Source: Candidatus Collierbacteria bacterium
GTDB lineage: Bacteria; Patescibacteriota; Microgenomatia; UBA1400; MFAQ01
NCBI GenBank assembly: GCA_903884375.1
Contig: CAISER010000025.1
Location: 1,637-65,636, forward strand
Length of the DNA stretch: 64,000 bases
Direction: 5' to 3'
Of this stretch, positions 48,368-56,090 are shown in pieces (the stretch's first letter is position 1; the number at the start of each line of letters is the position of its first letter). The position numbers and the translations under genes are program-made. The notes under the pieces were generated by a model. That model was not told the origin of the DNA and made no database searches. It saw nothing but the letters and a program-made list of their open reading frames with translations.

Positions 48368-49363
48368 TTATCGAATATTGTAGGTTGGTGGCTTAGTGCT
48401 GCCGCTACCGGTGTTAATTCTGCACAAACTATCGTTAGTACAAGTGCTTTTAGGACATGTTGAGCTAATATTGACAGTTTTTGATATTGATTTACAAAGA
48501 TTGTTACTACATGTTTTGTAAATACAAACTTTTGTGTTTGCCACTCCTGATCCCACTGTCGAGCATTTACATGTAATGCTCCCATCTTTACAGGTACACA
48601 CTCTGCTCTTTGATTGTCCTGTTCCACAACCTAATGATGCCGGACAATTACCGGAACATTGATTATATGATTGACCGCTGGCAAAAGTATAACCATCACT
48701 GGTAGTGCAAGTGCCAGGCTTAATGATGGTACCGGCACAAGTATTATCATTTGAGCCTTTGCATGTACTAGTAGGACAGGTCGAACTTTGTTTAAAGGTC
48801 ATGTTATATGACTTACACTGACCCTGATAACACTGGGACCATTTACATTCTTTAGTCCCTGAGGGAACGGGCTCTTTATCGGCTATGCATTGGCCGACTG
48901 CGGAACTGGCGGTATAGTTTAAGGCAATTTTTCCATTACCACAGTGATAACCAGAGCAACACTGCCGGACATCATTCCAAGAAAAAACTCCACAGTGTCC
49001 ACCTTCTTCCACACACCTATTTGAAGTTGGTCGAGGTTTTTCAGTGCAATTCGATGGTTTACAGCTCGCGGTAAACGCTCTGCTCTCGCCTCCACCAGTG
49101 TAAGCGCAAATTTCTCCGGTTTTGCAGCCACCTTCCCAACCACATTTATTTGCGGTTGCCAGGCTGCTGCCACAAGTAACGTTTGCCGCTGCTGGTTCAC
49201 TTTCTGGAGCATTGGGGGCTACGGCTTGTCTGGCAGTTAATTGAGCAGCAATAAAAAGAACGGCACCAAGAATAGCAGCAAAAATTAAGACAGGAAAAAA
49301 CTTTTTCAAAAAAGGATTAGTATGCTGTTTGACAATCGTCTTCTTGGGCATCTTCTTGGCCAT
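48368..49363 (-). CDS. membrane-anchored/exported cysteine-rich protein (32 Cys) with internal repeats
   Basis: Basic N-terminus plus TM/signal anchor FFPVLIFAAILGAVLFIAAQL, then 32 Cys in about 270 aa. Two paralogous modules carry the pattern C..CKS.....T....SSTCP.STC. Confidence 0.6.
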   Translation of the reverse strand: MAKKMPKKTIVKQHTNPFLKKFFPVLIFAAILGAVLFIAAQLTARQAVAPNAPESEPAAANVTCGSSLATANKCGWEGGCKTGEICAYTGGGESRAFTASCKPSNCTEKPRPTSNRCVEEGGHCGVFSWNDVRQCCSGYHCGNGKIALNYTASSAVGQCIADKEPVPSGTKECKWSQCYQGQCKSYNMTFKQSSTCPTSTCKGSNDNTCAGTIIKPGTCTTSDGYTFASGQSYNQCSGNCPASLGCGTGQSKSRVCTCKDGSITCKCSTVGSGVANTKVCIYKTCSNNLCKSISKTVNISSTCPKSTCTNDSLCRINTGSGSTKPPTYNIR

Positions 49364-49409
49364 ATTAGTGTGAGTTAATTATTAATTAAATTAATTAACC
49401 TCTGTTTTA

Positions 49410-49437
49410 ATAATAACTGTTTTTTTGTAAAGGTCAA
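49410..49437 (-). promoter_or_regulatory. candidate sigma-70-type promoter of the Cys-rich gene
   Basis: The minus strand reads TTGACC (49437-49432), a 16-nt spacer, then TATTAT (49415-49410). It lies just downstream of the pnp terminator. Confidence 0.35.
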
Positions 49438-49444
49438 ATTAACA

Positions 49445-49469
49445 AAACGCCCCGAGAATCGGAGCGTTT
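49445..49469 (-). terminator. intrinsic terminator after pnp
   Basis: On the minus strand: AACGCTCCGA-TTC-TCGGGGCGTT (10-bp stem with one mismatch) followed by TTGTTAATTT. Confidence 0.65.
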
Positions 49470-49499
49470 ATTGCTAAGGCCTAACTTTATTATTCTACA

Positions 49500-51677
49500 T
49501 TAACGAGAGTCTCTAAAATTGCGGAAGTTTGGACGACCACCACCTCTTTGACCGCCTCGATCACCACCGCCAAATCTTGGCCTGTCTCCTCCGCCACCCA
49601 TAGGTCGCTGTGCTCTTATTGGTTCCTCGCCTTCTTTGAGCATGGTGAGATTTACGCGACCCATGGAGTCTACTTCGTAACATCTGACTTCAACTTTGTC
49701 GCCGATTTTCATTGTTTTGAAAACTTCTGGTTGGACTTGGGAAATATGAACTAAACCATCTTTCCCCGGAAGAATATTGACGAATGCGCCAAAAGCTTCA
49801 ACTCTAGCAACAGTACCTTGATAGGTCATGCCAACTTCGGCTTCGGCAACAATGGAATCAATGAAAGCTCTGGCTGCATCTACCTTGGATTGATCTGTAC
49901 CGGTAACGGTAACAGTACCATCATCTTCGATGTTGACTTCAACTAAGAAATCATCTTGGATTTGGTGAATGATCTTGCCACCTGAACCAATAACGTCACC
50001 AATCTTGGCAACCGGGACTTTGGTGGAAACAATTTTAGGAGCGTACTGAGATAGTTTTTCGCGTGGAACAGAAATGGATTCGACCATGAGGTCTAGAATC
50101 TTCATTCTGGCACGTTTGGCTTGTTCAACAGCTTGGGTTAGGACTTCGGCTTTGATACCCGTAACCTTGACGTCCATTTGGAGAGCGGTGATACCGTCTT
50201 TGGTTCCAGCGACTTTGAAATCCATGTCACCTAGGTGATCTTCGAGACCACAGATGTCGGTGAGGGTGACAAAATCTTTGCCTTCGGTAATTAGTCCCAT
50301 GGCAGTACCGGCAACAGGTTTTTTAATTGGAACACCAGCGTCCATGAGAGACAAGGTAGAACCACAAATTGAGGCTTGAGAAGTAGAGCCATTTGAAGAC
50401 ATAACTTCAGAGACAACACGAATGGTATACGGGAAAACGGCGGTGTCTGGAAGGACAGGAACCAAGGCTCTTTCGGCAAGATTCCCATGACCAATCTCAC
50501 GGCGACCTGTACCTGGGCGACCAACTTCACCGGCTGCGTAGCCTGGCATGTTGTAGTGATGCATATAGCGCTTGGTGGTTTCACCCTTCATACCATCGAT
50601 AAGCATTTCTCTGGCTGGAGAAGCTAGAGTAACAACCGAAAGTACATGAGTAAGTCCTCTTTGGAAAAAGGCAGAGCCGTGAGTACGAGGAAGCAAACCA
50701 ATCTCGATATTGATAGGGCGAATATCCTCGATTCCACGTCCGTCTGGTCTGGTTTTGGTTTCGAGAATGGTTTTTCTAGCCTCGTCACGAAGCATATGAT
50801 CAGCGGTTTCGGCAATGTGACTAGCATTGTATTCTGGATGAGCGGCGATAATGCCGTCGACGATTTCTCTAGCTTGGATTCCAGTTTTGGTAGCTTCGTT
50901 TTTCAAGATTACTTGAAGATCTCCAATTTCGGCGCTAACAAACTTTTTAATTTCAGAATCTATAACGATTTCAGGGATAGTACGTTTGGCTTTGCCGTTT
51001 TCTTTGGCAAATTTGTCAATTCCTTCGGCAATGATGTCGACATATTTTTGAGCGTAGGCAAGGGCGCCGGTCATCTTTTCTTCGGAAACTTCATTGGCTC
51101 CGGCCTCAACCATACAAATGCCCCCCTTAGGACCAGAAACGACAAGATCGAGAGGAGAAACAAGCTTTTCTTGCTCATTTGGGTTGATGATGTACTCACC
51201 TTCTGGGGTCATACCAACACGAACAGCACCAACCGGTCCGGCCCATGGATAGTCAGAAAGAGATACAGCAGCTGAAGAAGCAATAATGGCTAAAATTTCT
51301 GGCTCTTCGACTCCATCGATGGAGAGAGGATAAGACATGATCTGAACTTCATTTCTTGAAGCTTGATCAAACAAAGGACGGAGAGAGCGATCGATCACAC
51401 GACCAACAAGGATTTCACCTTCTGAAGGACGTCCTTCACGTTTTATAAAACGACTGGAAGAAATAACTCCACCTGCGTAGAATTTTTCTTGGTAATCAAT
51501 GGAAAGAGGAAAATAATCAATTCCTTCTTTAACTCTGTTTGTGGCTACTACTGAAGCAACAACTATAGTGTCGCCGCATCTTGCAGTAACAGAACCTGAG
51601 GCCTGGGCACCAAAACGGCCGGTTTCGATTGTAATTGTTTTACCATTGAGAACAATGGTAGTTTGAGGATGTGTCAT
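49500..51677 (-). CDS. pnp: polyribonucleotide nucleotidyltransferase (PNPase) with RGG-rich C-terminal tail
   Basis: Two RNase PH domains, KH motif IGDVIGSGGKIIHQIQ and an S1 domain. Start placed at the ATG at 51677 (MTHPQTT...), which is preceded by AAGGA. The track start is a GTG. Confidence 0.93.
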   Translation of the reverse strand: MTHPQTTIVLNGKTITIETGRFGAQASGSVTARCGDTIVVASVVATNRVKEGIDYFPLSIDYQEKFYAGGVISSSRFIKREGRPSEGEILVGRVIDRSLRPLFDQASRNEVQIMSYPLSIDGVEEPEILAIIASSAAVSLSDYPWAGPVGAVRVGMTPEGEYIINPNEQEKLVSPLDLVVSGPKGGICMVEAGANEVSEEKMTGALAYAQKYVDIIAEGIDKFAKENGKAKRTIPEIVIDSEIKKFVSAEIGDLQVILKNEATKTGIQAREIVDGIIAAHPEYNASHIAETADHMLRDEARKTILETKTRPDGRGIEDIRPINIEIGLLPRTHGSAFFQRGLTHVLSVVTLASPAREMLIDGMKGETTKRYMHHYNMPGYAAGEVGRPGTGRREIGHGNLAERALVPVLPDTAVFPYTIRVVSEVMSSNGSTSQASICGSTLSLMDAGVPIKKPVAGTAMGLITEGKDFVTLTDICGLEDHLGDMDFKVAGTKDGITALQMDVKVTGIKAEVLTQAVEQAKRARMKILDLMVESISVPREKLSQYAPKIVSTKVPVAKIGDVIGSGGKIIHQIQDDFLVEVNIEDDGTVTVTGTDQSKVDAARAFIDSIVAEAEVGMTYQGTVARVEAFGAFVNILPGKDGLVHISQVQPEVFKTMKIGDKVEVRCYEVDSMGRVNLTMLKEGEEPIRAQRPMGGGGDRPRFGGGDRGGQRGGGRPNFRNFRDSR

Positions 51678-51731
51678 CCTTAAATCCTTTCTTTTTCGCG
51701 CCACCCTTCTTGAGAAGAAAACAGAAGATAC

Positions 51732-51747
51732 CCAAGGACACCCTTGG
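51732..51747 (-). promoter_or_regulatory. hairpin in the rpsO-pnp intergenic leader
   Basis: CCAAGG-ACAC-CCTTGG, a perfect 6-bp stem, nested inside the outer complementary arms CTTGAG (51709-51714) and CTCAAG (51769-51774). Confidence 0.4.
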
Positions 51748-51775
51748 ACGGATATACTCTATTTACTCCTCAAGC

Positions 51776-52066
51776 TTATTTTGCTGAGTCGCGCAACTGA
51801 CTGTTAATGTTTAGAGACTTGGTAACTTCAAGATAATCTTTTGAATTGGATTTTAGAAGATAATTTAGGAGGCGGCGTCTTTTGGAAATAATCTTTAAGA
51901 GGCCACGTCTGGAATGATTATCTTTATTGTGAACTTTTAGATGATTGGTGAGTTCTTCGATTTGGGCAGTGAGAAGGGCAATTTGCACACGAGGAGAACC
52001 AGTGTCTTTGTCACTGGCAGCGAAGGATTTTATGATATCTACTTTTGTTTCGGATTTAAGAGCCAT
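51776..52066 (-). CDS. rpsO: 30S ribosomal protein S15
   Basis: [48 protein letters not shown]. Start placed at the ATG at 52066 (the track start is a TTG). Confidence 0.92.
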   Translation of the reverse strand: MALKSETKVDIIKSFAASDKDTGSPRVQIALLTAQIEELTNHLKVHNKDNHSRRGLLKIISKRRRLLNYLLKSNSKDYLEVTKSLNINSQLRDSAK

Positions 52067-52131
52067 ATCGGGTTGTATTGTAACAGATGTATTTCGTTTT
52101 GCCAAGACTGAACTGTGCGTAAAGAAAAAAT

Positions 52132-52389
52132 TTAATCATCGGAATCAAGGTCTTTGTCTTTGGTTGGTTGAGATTTCCAGATACCACCCTTGTCTTCAGG
52201 CTCAACTGGTTCAAGTTCATTACCCCAGGCTCTAAACATTCTTACTTGTCTGGGGGTAAGTTTCCGGATCAAGACAACCCTTTCCCCTGTTTCGGGGACA
52301 ATCCCTGTTTCATAAGTACCGTCGGGTCCTTTTATCTTAAAAGGACGCGTAATATCGTCGTCTTGTTCGTATTCTGGTATTCCACCCAT
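52132..52389 (-). CDS. small acidic protein of unknown function (85 aa)
   Basis: ORF with an ATG start in the operon between the DHH-like gene and rpsO. I recognise no motif. Confidence 0.45.
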   Translation of the reverse strand: MGGIPEYEQDDDITRPFKIKGPDGTYETGIVPETGERVVLIRKLTPRQVRMFRAWGNELEPVEPEDKGGIWKSQPTKDKDLDSDD

Positions 52390-52404
52390 ATTAACTATAT
52401 TATA

Positions 52405-53319
52405 TCAACCATTGTCACCAACACGGAAGATTTTAGGTTTGTTCCAGTCTGCCGGGATTGAGGTACCAGCTTCATTGGTAGATAGGTTTTCTTCTTCCGG
52501 AAGAGGAATGTTTTCTTCGGTAGGAGCCGATGGAACATCGGGCACTTCAAAAAATGGCGCTTGGGAAAAACGAGGAGTTTGAACTTTTGTTTTTGGAAGA
52601 TGAGCACCGGAGCGCATAAGGAAAGCAATGGCTTCAAAGGTGTCTGCCGTTAGATTGCCTGTGGATAAATTATTGGAACTTTCGTAAATATTGGTTAATA
52701 GATTTTGAGAAACAGAAGTGTTTAGTTTTAATTTTAATTCCTTGAGAAGACCAATAACCAACTCAGAAAAAGAACCCATGTTTTTGTGATAAAGATTGCC
52801 GGTAAATGCGGCTGGTCGAAGAGTATTGTTGAGATTTAGAATGGTGGCATTATCCAAAAAGTTTTTTTCATCGGCATAAATTTTTCCTAATTCTTCGAGA
52901 GAATTAATACCAAGAGTAATGACTAAGTCGGCTTGAGCTCCTGAGTAAGAGTATTTAACACCGCCGATATCGGGAACGGGAGCACCAGTTTTGGGTTTTA
53001 CCAATAGATAAAATTTGCCGTCATCTCTGACATCGTAGTCAACTTTATCCAAATCTTCTTCACGATAATCAAAGGAGATAATTAAGTTACGACTACCAAT
53101 GGAGTCGGGGATGTTTTTTATACCATTAGTTTCGTCATCAACTTCGACTTCACTTCCACAACCGATTTGAGAAATTTTCCCTGATTGTTTTAGAGCAAGA
53201 TGAAGACTGATTCCGGCGGTAACAAGATCTTTTCCTGGATCGGGAGGAAGAATAATAATAATAGACTTGGCAGATTTAATTAAATTATTAACGTTTATTT
53301 CCGATTTGTTGTCTTCCAT
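52405..53319 (-). CDS. DHH-fold (NrnA-like) protein with all catalytic motifs substituted and no DHHA1 domain
   Basis: Collinear with the NrnA DHH domain, but motif I is PPDPGKD (for PDPD), motif II is ITLGINS (for VCDTAN), motif III is LNLNNT (for IDHH) and motif IV is YESSNNL (for VGDTGRF). The C-terminus is a Pro/Glu-rich tail. Confidence 0.55.
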   Translation of the reverse strand: MEDNKSEINVNNLIKSAKSIIIILPPDPGKDLVTAGISLHLALKQSGKISQIGCGSEVEVDDETNGIKNIPDSIGSRNLIISFDYREEDLDKVDYDVRDDGKFYLLVKPKTGAPVPDIGGVKYSYSGAQADLVITLGINSLEELGKIYADEKNFLDNATILNLNNTLRPAAFTGNLYHKNMGSFSELVIGLLKELKLKLNTSVSQNLLTNIYESSNNLSTGNLTADTFEAIAFLMRSGAHLPKTKVQTPRFSQAPFFEVPDVPSAPTEENIPLPEEENLSTNEAGTSIPADWNKPKIFRVGDNG

Positions 53320-53320
53320 T

Positions 53321-54724
53321 TTAGTTTTCTATAGTTGTGGCCGTCATTATATCACCAGTTTTAAACTCAATATTGGGAGTTAAAACCAAACCACATTCCT
53401 GATCTTTTTTGGCCTCCAAAACATCTTCTTTGCCGATTTTAAGGGAAGTAATTTTTGAGTTATCAACCGTGTCGCCAATTTTAAATTTACCTGAGGTAAT
53501 ACTACAACCATAGACGATGGTCCCGCCAAAATTAAAGACTTTGAGAACACTGGCTTCCCCTGTCGTAATTATCTTGGGAGCGGCTTGTGCCGATTTGGTT
53601 GTTTGCAGTTCTTTTAGATAATCAAATAGTTGATAAATTATTTTGAAATTGGTGAATTTGATATGTTCGATTTCCGCCAAACGGGCAACTGAGGCCGACA
53701 TTTTGGAGTTGAAGCCTAAAATTTCGGCTTTGGTGGCAATAGCTGTTTCAATATCGGAATCAGTGACCAAACCAACGGAACTACTAACAATATTGGCTTT
53801 ATCTTTGATTGTTTCTGAGATGGCTTCAAGTGAACCTTGGACATCGGCTTTGAGAATAATGGTAGGAATTTCTTCACTAATAACATCCGAAACACCAAAA
53901 GTATTATTTGTTTTTTGGTTGATGCAGGGTTTGCTGGTGATAATGTCGCCAACATTGGGAACTTTGGCAAAACCAATTACTTGAAAAGGAGTCGAGGGGG
54001 TTGCCTTGGAAAGAAATTTACCGGAGTAGTCCAACATGGAGCGGATTTTGCCGAAATCAATTTTACCGTTGTAGAGAGGATCGTTTTTATCAAAAACACC
54101 ACTTTTTACTAATAGAGTTGCCAAAGGACCTTTTTGCGGATGCATTGACGACTCAATAACAAGAGCCGTGGCCGGACAGTCATCCGAATTGTCTTTTAGC
54201 TCTTCCAGCTCAGCCAATAGAAGAATAATTTCCAGTAAATCATCTACGCCCTCACCGGTTTTGGCGGAAATGTTGACTATGGGAATATTCCCTCCATAGC
54301 CTTCAACAAAAACGCCTTCGTTTGCTAGATCTGTTTTGACTCTTTCAGGATTTACTCCTGCAAGGTCGGTTTTATTAACGGCAACAACAAAAGGAATACC
54401 GGCAGATTTGATGTGTTCGATGGATTCTTTCGTCTGGGGCATCACCGAGTCGTCGGCAGCAATAATAAGGATAGCTACATCAGCAGCTTGGCCACCTCTT
54501 CGACGCATTGCCGAAAAAGCCGCATGACCGGGGGTATCGATAAAGGTAATTATTTTGCCTTGATGTTCAATTTGATAAGCACCAATGGCTTGAGTAATGC
54601 CACCAACTTCACCTGAAGCAACCGAAGCATGACGAATCCTGTCTAATAAAGAGGTCTTTCCATGATCTACGTGTCCTAAAATAGTAACCACCGGTGGCCT
54701 GGTGGCAATTGTTTTTTCGGCCAT
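53321..54724 (-). CDS. infB: translation initiation factor IF-2 (G domain to C-terminus only)
   Basis: It starts directly at [23 protein letters not shown], followed by DTPGHAAF and NKTD. 467 aa. Confidence 0.92.
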   Translation of the reverse strand: MAEKTIATRPPVVTILGHVDHGKTSLLDRIRHASVASGEVGGITQAIGAYQIEHQGKIITFIDTPGHAAFSAMRRRGGQAADVAILIIAADDSVMPQTKESIEHIKSAGIPFVVAVNKTDLAGVNPERVKTDLANEGVFVEGYGGNIPIVNISAKTGEGVDDLLEIILLLAELEELKDNSDDCPATALVIESSMHPQKGPLATLLVKSGVFDKNDPLYNGKIDFGKIRSMLDYSGKFLSKATPSTPFQVIGFAKVPNVGDIITSKPCINQKTNNTFGVSDVISEEIPTIILKADVQGSLEAISETIKDKANIVSSSVGLVTDSDIETAIATKAEILGFNSKMSASVARLAEIEHIKFTNFKIIYQLFDYLKELQTTKSAQAAPKIITTGEASVLKVFNFGGTIVYGCSITSGKFKIGDTVDNSKITSLKIGKEDVLEAKKDQECGLVLTPNIEFKTGDIMTATTIEN

Positions 54725-54732
54725 GATTTAAT

Positions 54733-55941
54733 TTAGTTTTTGTAAACAGCCAACTGCGATTTGATTTTTTCAAGAGTCTTGGGGCCAAGACCTTTGACTG
54801 AGTCGAGTTTATCAGAGGTGAGATCCTCAATATGAGTTAGCTCTGCTTCCAAAAGAATATTTCTGGTTTTGGTGTCTAAACCTAGTTGGTCAATTTCGTA
54901 TTCTTCTGTACCGGTAACAACAATCCCTGCATCTTTATCTTTGGTTTCTTCAGAAATTATTCTCAATTTTGTTTGAGTAAGCTTGGCAGCCAATTTAACA
55001 TTTTGACCACCACGACCGATCGCCAATGAAAGCTGGTCTGCAGGAACGGTAACAATTGTTTCGCCAGTTGTTTTGTCGTATTTTATTTCCAATCCTTCAG
55101 CGGGGGCTAAAGCAGACTTAATATATTTGTCTTTGTCTTCTGAGAACTGAATAATGTCAATTTTTTCGTTATTTAATTCATTAATGACTGCTTGAACGCG
55201 AACTCCTTTTTGACCAACGCAAGAACCTACTGGATCGACTCCGGGTTGTGTAGACTCAACGGCAACCTTGGAACGACTTCCTGGTTCACGAGCAACCCCT
55301 TTTATGATGACACTACCAGCACTAACTTCAGGAACTTCTCTTTCGAAAAGACCTGAAAGTAAATTGTCATCGGCTCGAGATACAATAATTTGACGGCCTT
55401 TAGCTGTTTCGGCAATTTCTTTCAAATAAACTGCAAGACGAGAATTTAAACGATAAAACTCAGTTGGAGATTGTTCTTCGGGAGGCATGACTGCTTGGCC
55501 ACGACCTAAATCAATAATTACACTACGTCCGTCCATGCGTTGGACCATACCGGTCATGACTTCACCAATGTGGTCTTGGTAATCAGCGAGAACGGAGTCA
55601 CGTTCGGCTTCGCGAATAGTTTGGAGAATAACAAATTTGGCGGCTTGAGCAGCAATACGACCGAAGCCAGGAGGAGTAATGTCTTTTAAATCTTTTTTCT
55701 TGGCACCTTCCTCACCAACAAACAAACGGAATTGGCCGTTATCGGAATCGACATCGGCAGTAATCATTTTGCCTTCTTCTTCAAGTTTTAGTGCCTGTTC
55801 TGGATAGTCTTTTTTAAATGAAGCTATGAGAGCAGTATTGATGGCGCCCAACACAGTTTCCGGAGCGATGCCCCGTTCGGAACAAATTTGATTTATGGCT
55901 GCGGCGAACTCGGTTCTTGCCGATAGTGTTTGTGTATCCAT
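54733..55941 (-). CDS. nusA: transcription termination/antitermination factor NusA
   Basis: An N-terminal domain, an S1 domain, KH motifs (VGSCVGQKGVRVQ and IGRGGQNVKLAAKL) and a C-terminal HhH region. Confidence 0.92.
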   Translation of the reverse strand: MDTQTLSARTEFAAAINQICSERGIAPETVLGAINTALIASFKKDYPEQALKLEEEGKMITADVDSDNGQFRLFVGEEGAKKKDLKDITPPGFGRIAAQAAKFVILQTIREAERDSVLADYQDHIGEVMTGMVQRMDGRSVIIDLGRGQAVMPPEEQSPTEFYRLNSRLAVYLKEIAETAKGRQIIVSRADDNLLSGLFEREVPEVSAGSVIIKGVAREPGSRSKVAVESTQPGVDPVGSCVGQKGVRVQAVINELNNEKIDIIQFSEDKDKYIKSALAPAEGLEIKYDKTTGETIVTVPADQLSLAIGRGGQNVKLAAKLTQTKLRIISEETKDKDAGIVVTGTEEYEIDQLGLDTKTRNILLEAELTHIEDLTSDKLDSVKGLGPKTLEKIKSQLAVYKN

Positions 55942-55992
55942 GTTAGATGTTTTAAATTTTATGTTTTACGTTTAATATTTTTGACTAAGTTT

Positions 55993-56017
55993 AAAAAAGG
56001 ACGGTCAAACGCCGCCC
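55993..56017 (-). terminator. hairpin plus T6: dnaJ terminator and/or nusA leader attenuator
   Basis: On the minus strand: GGGCGG-CGTTTGA-CCGTCC (6-bp stem including one G-U pair) followed by TTTTTT. It lies between the dnaJ stop (56091) and the nusA ATG (55941). Confidence 0.5.
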
Positions 56018-56090
56018 AAAATACACTTAATCGAGGTTATTATAGCACGTTGAAGCCAAATCGAGAAAGAATTTAAATGGTGAAATTGAT

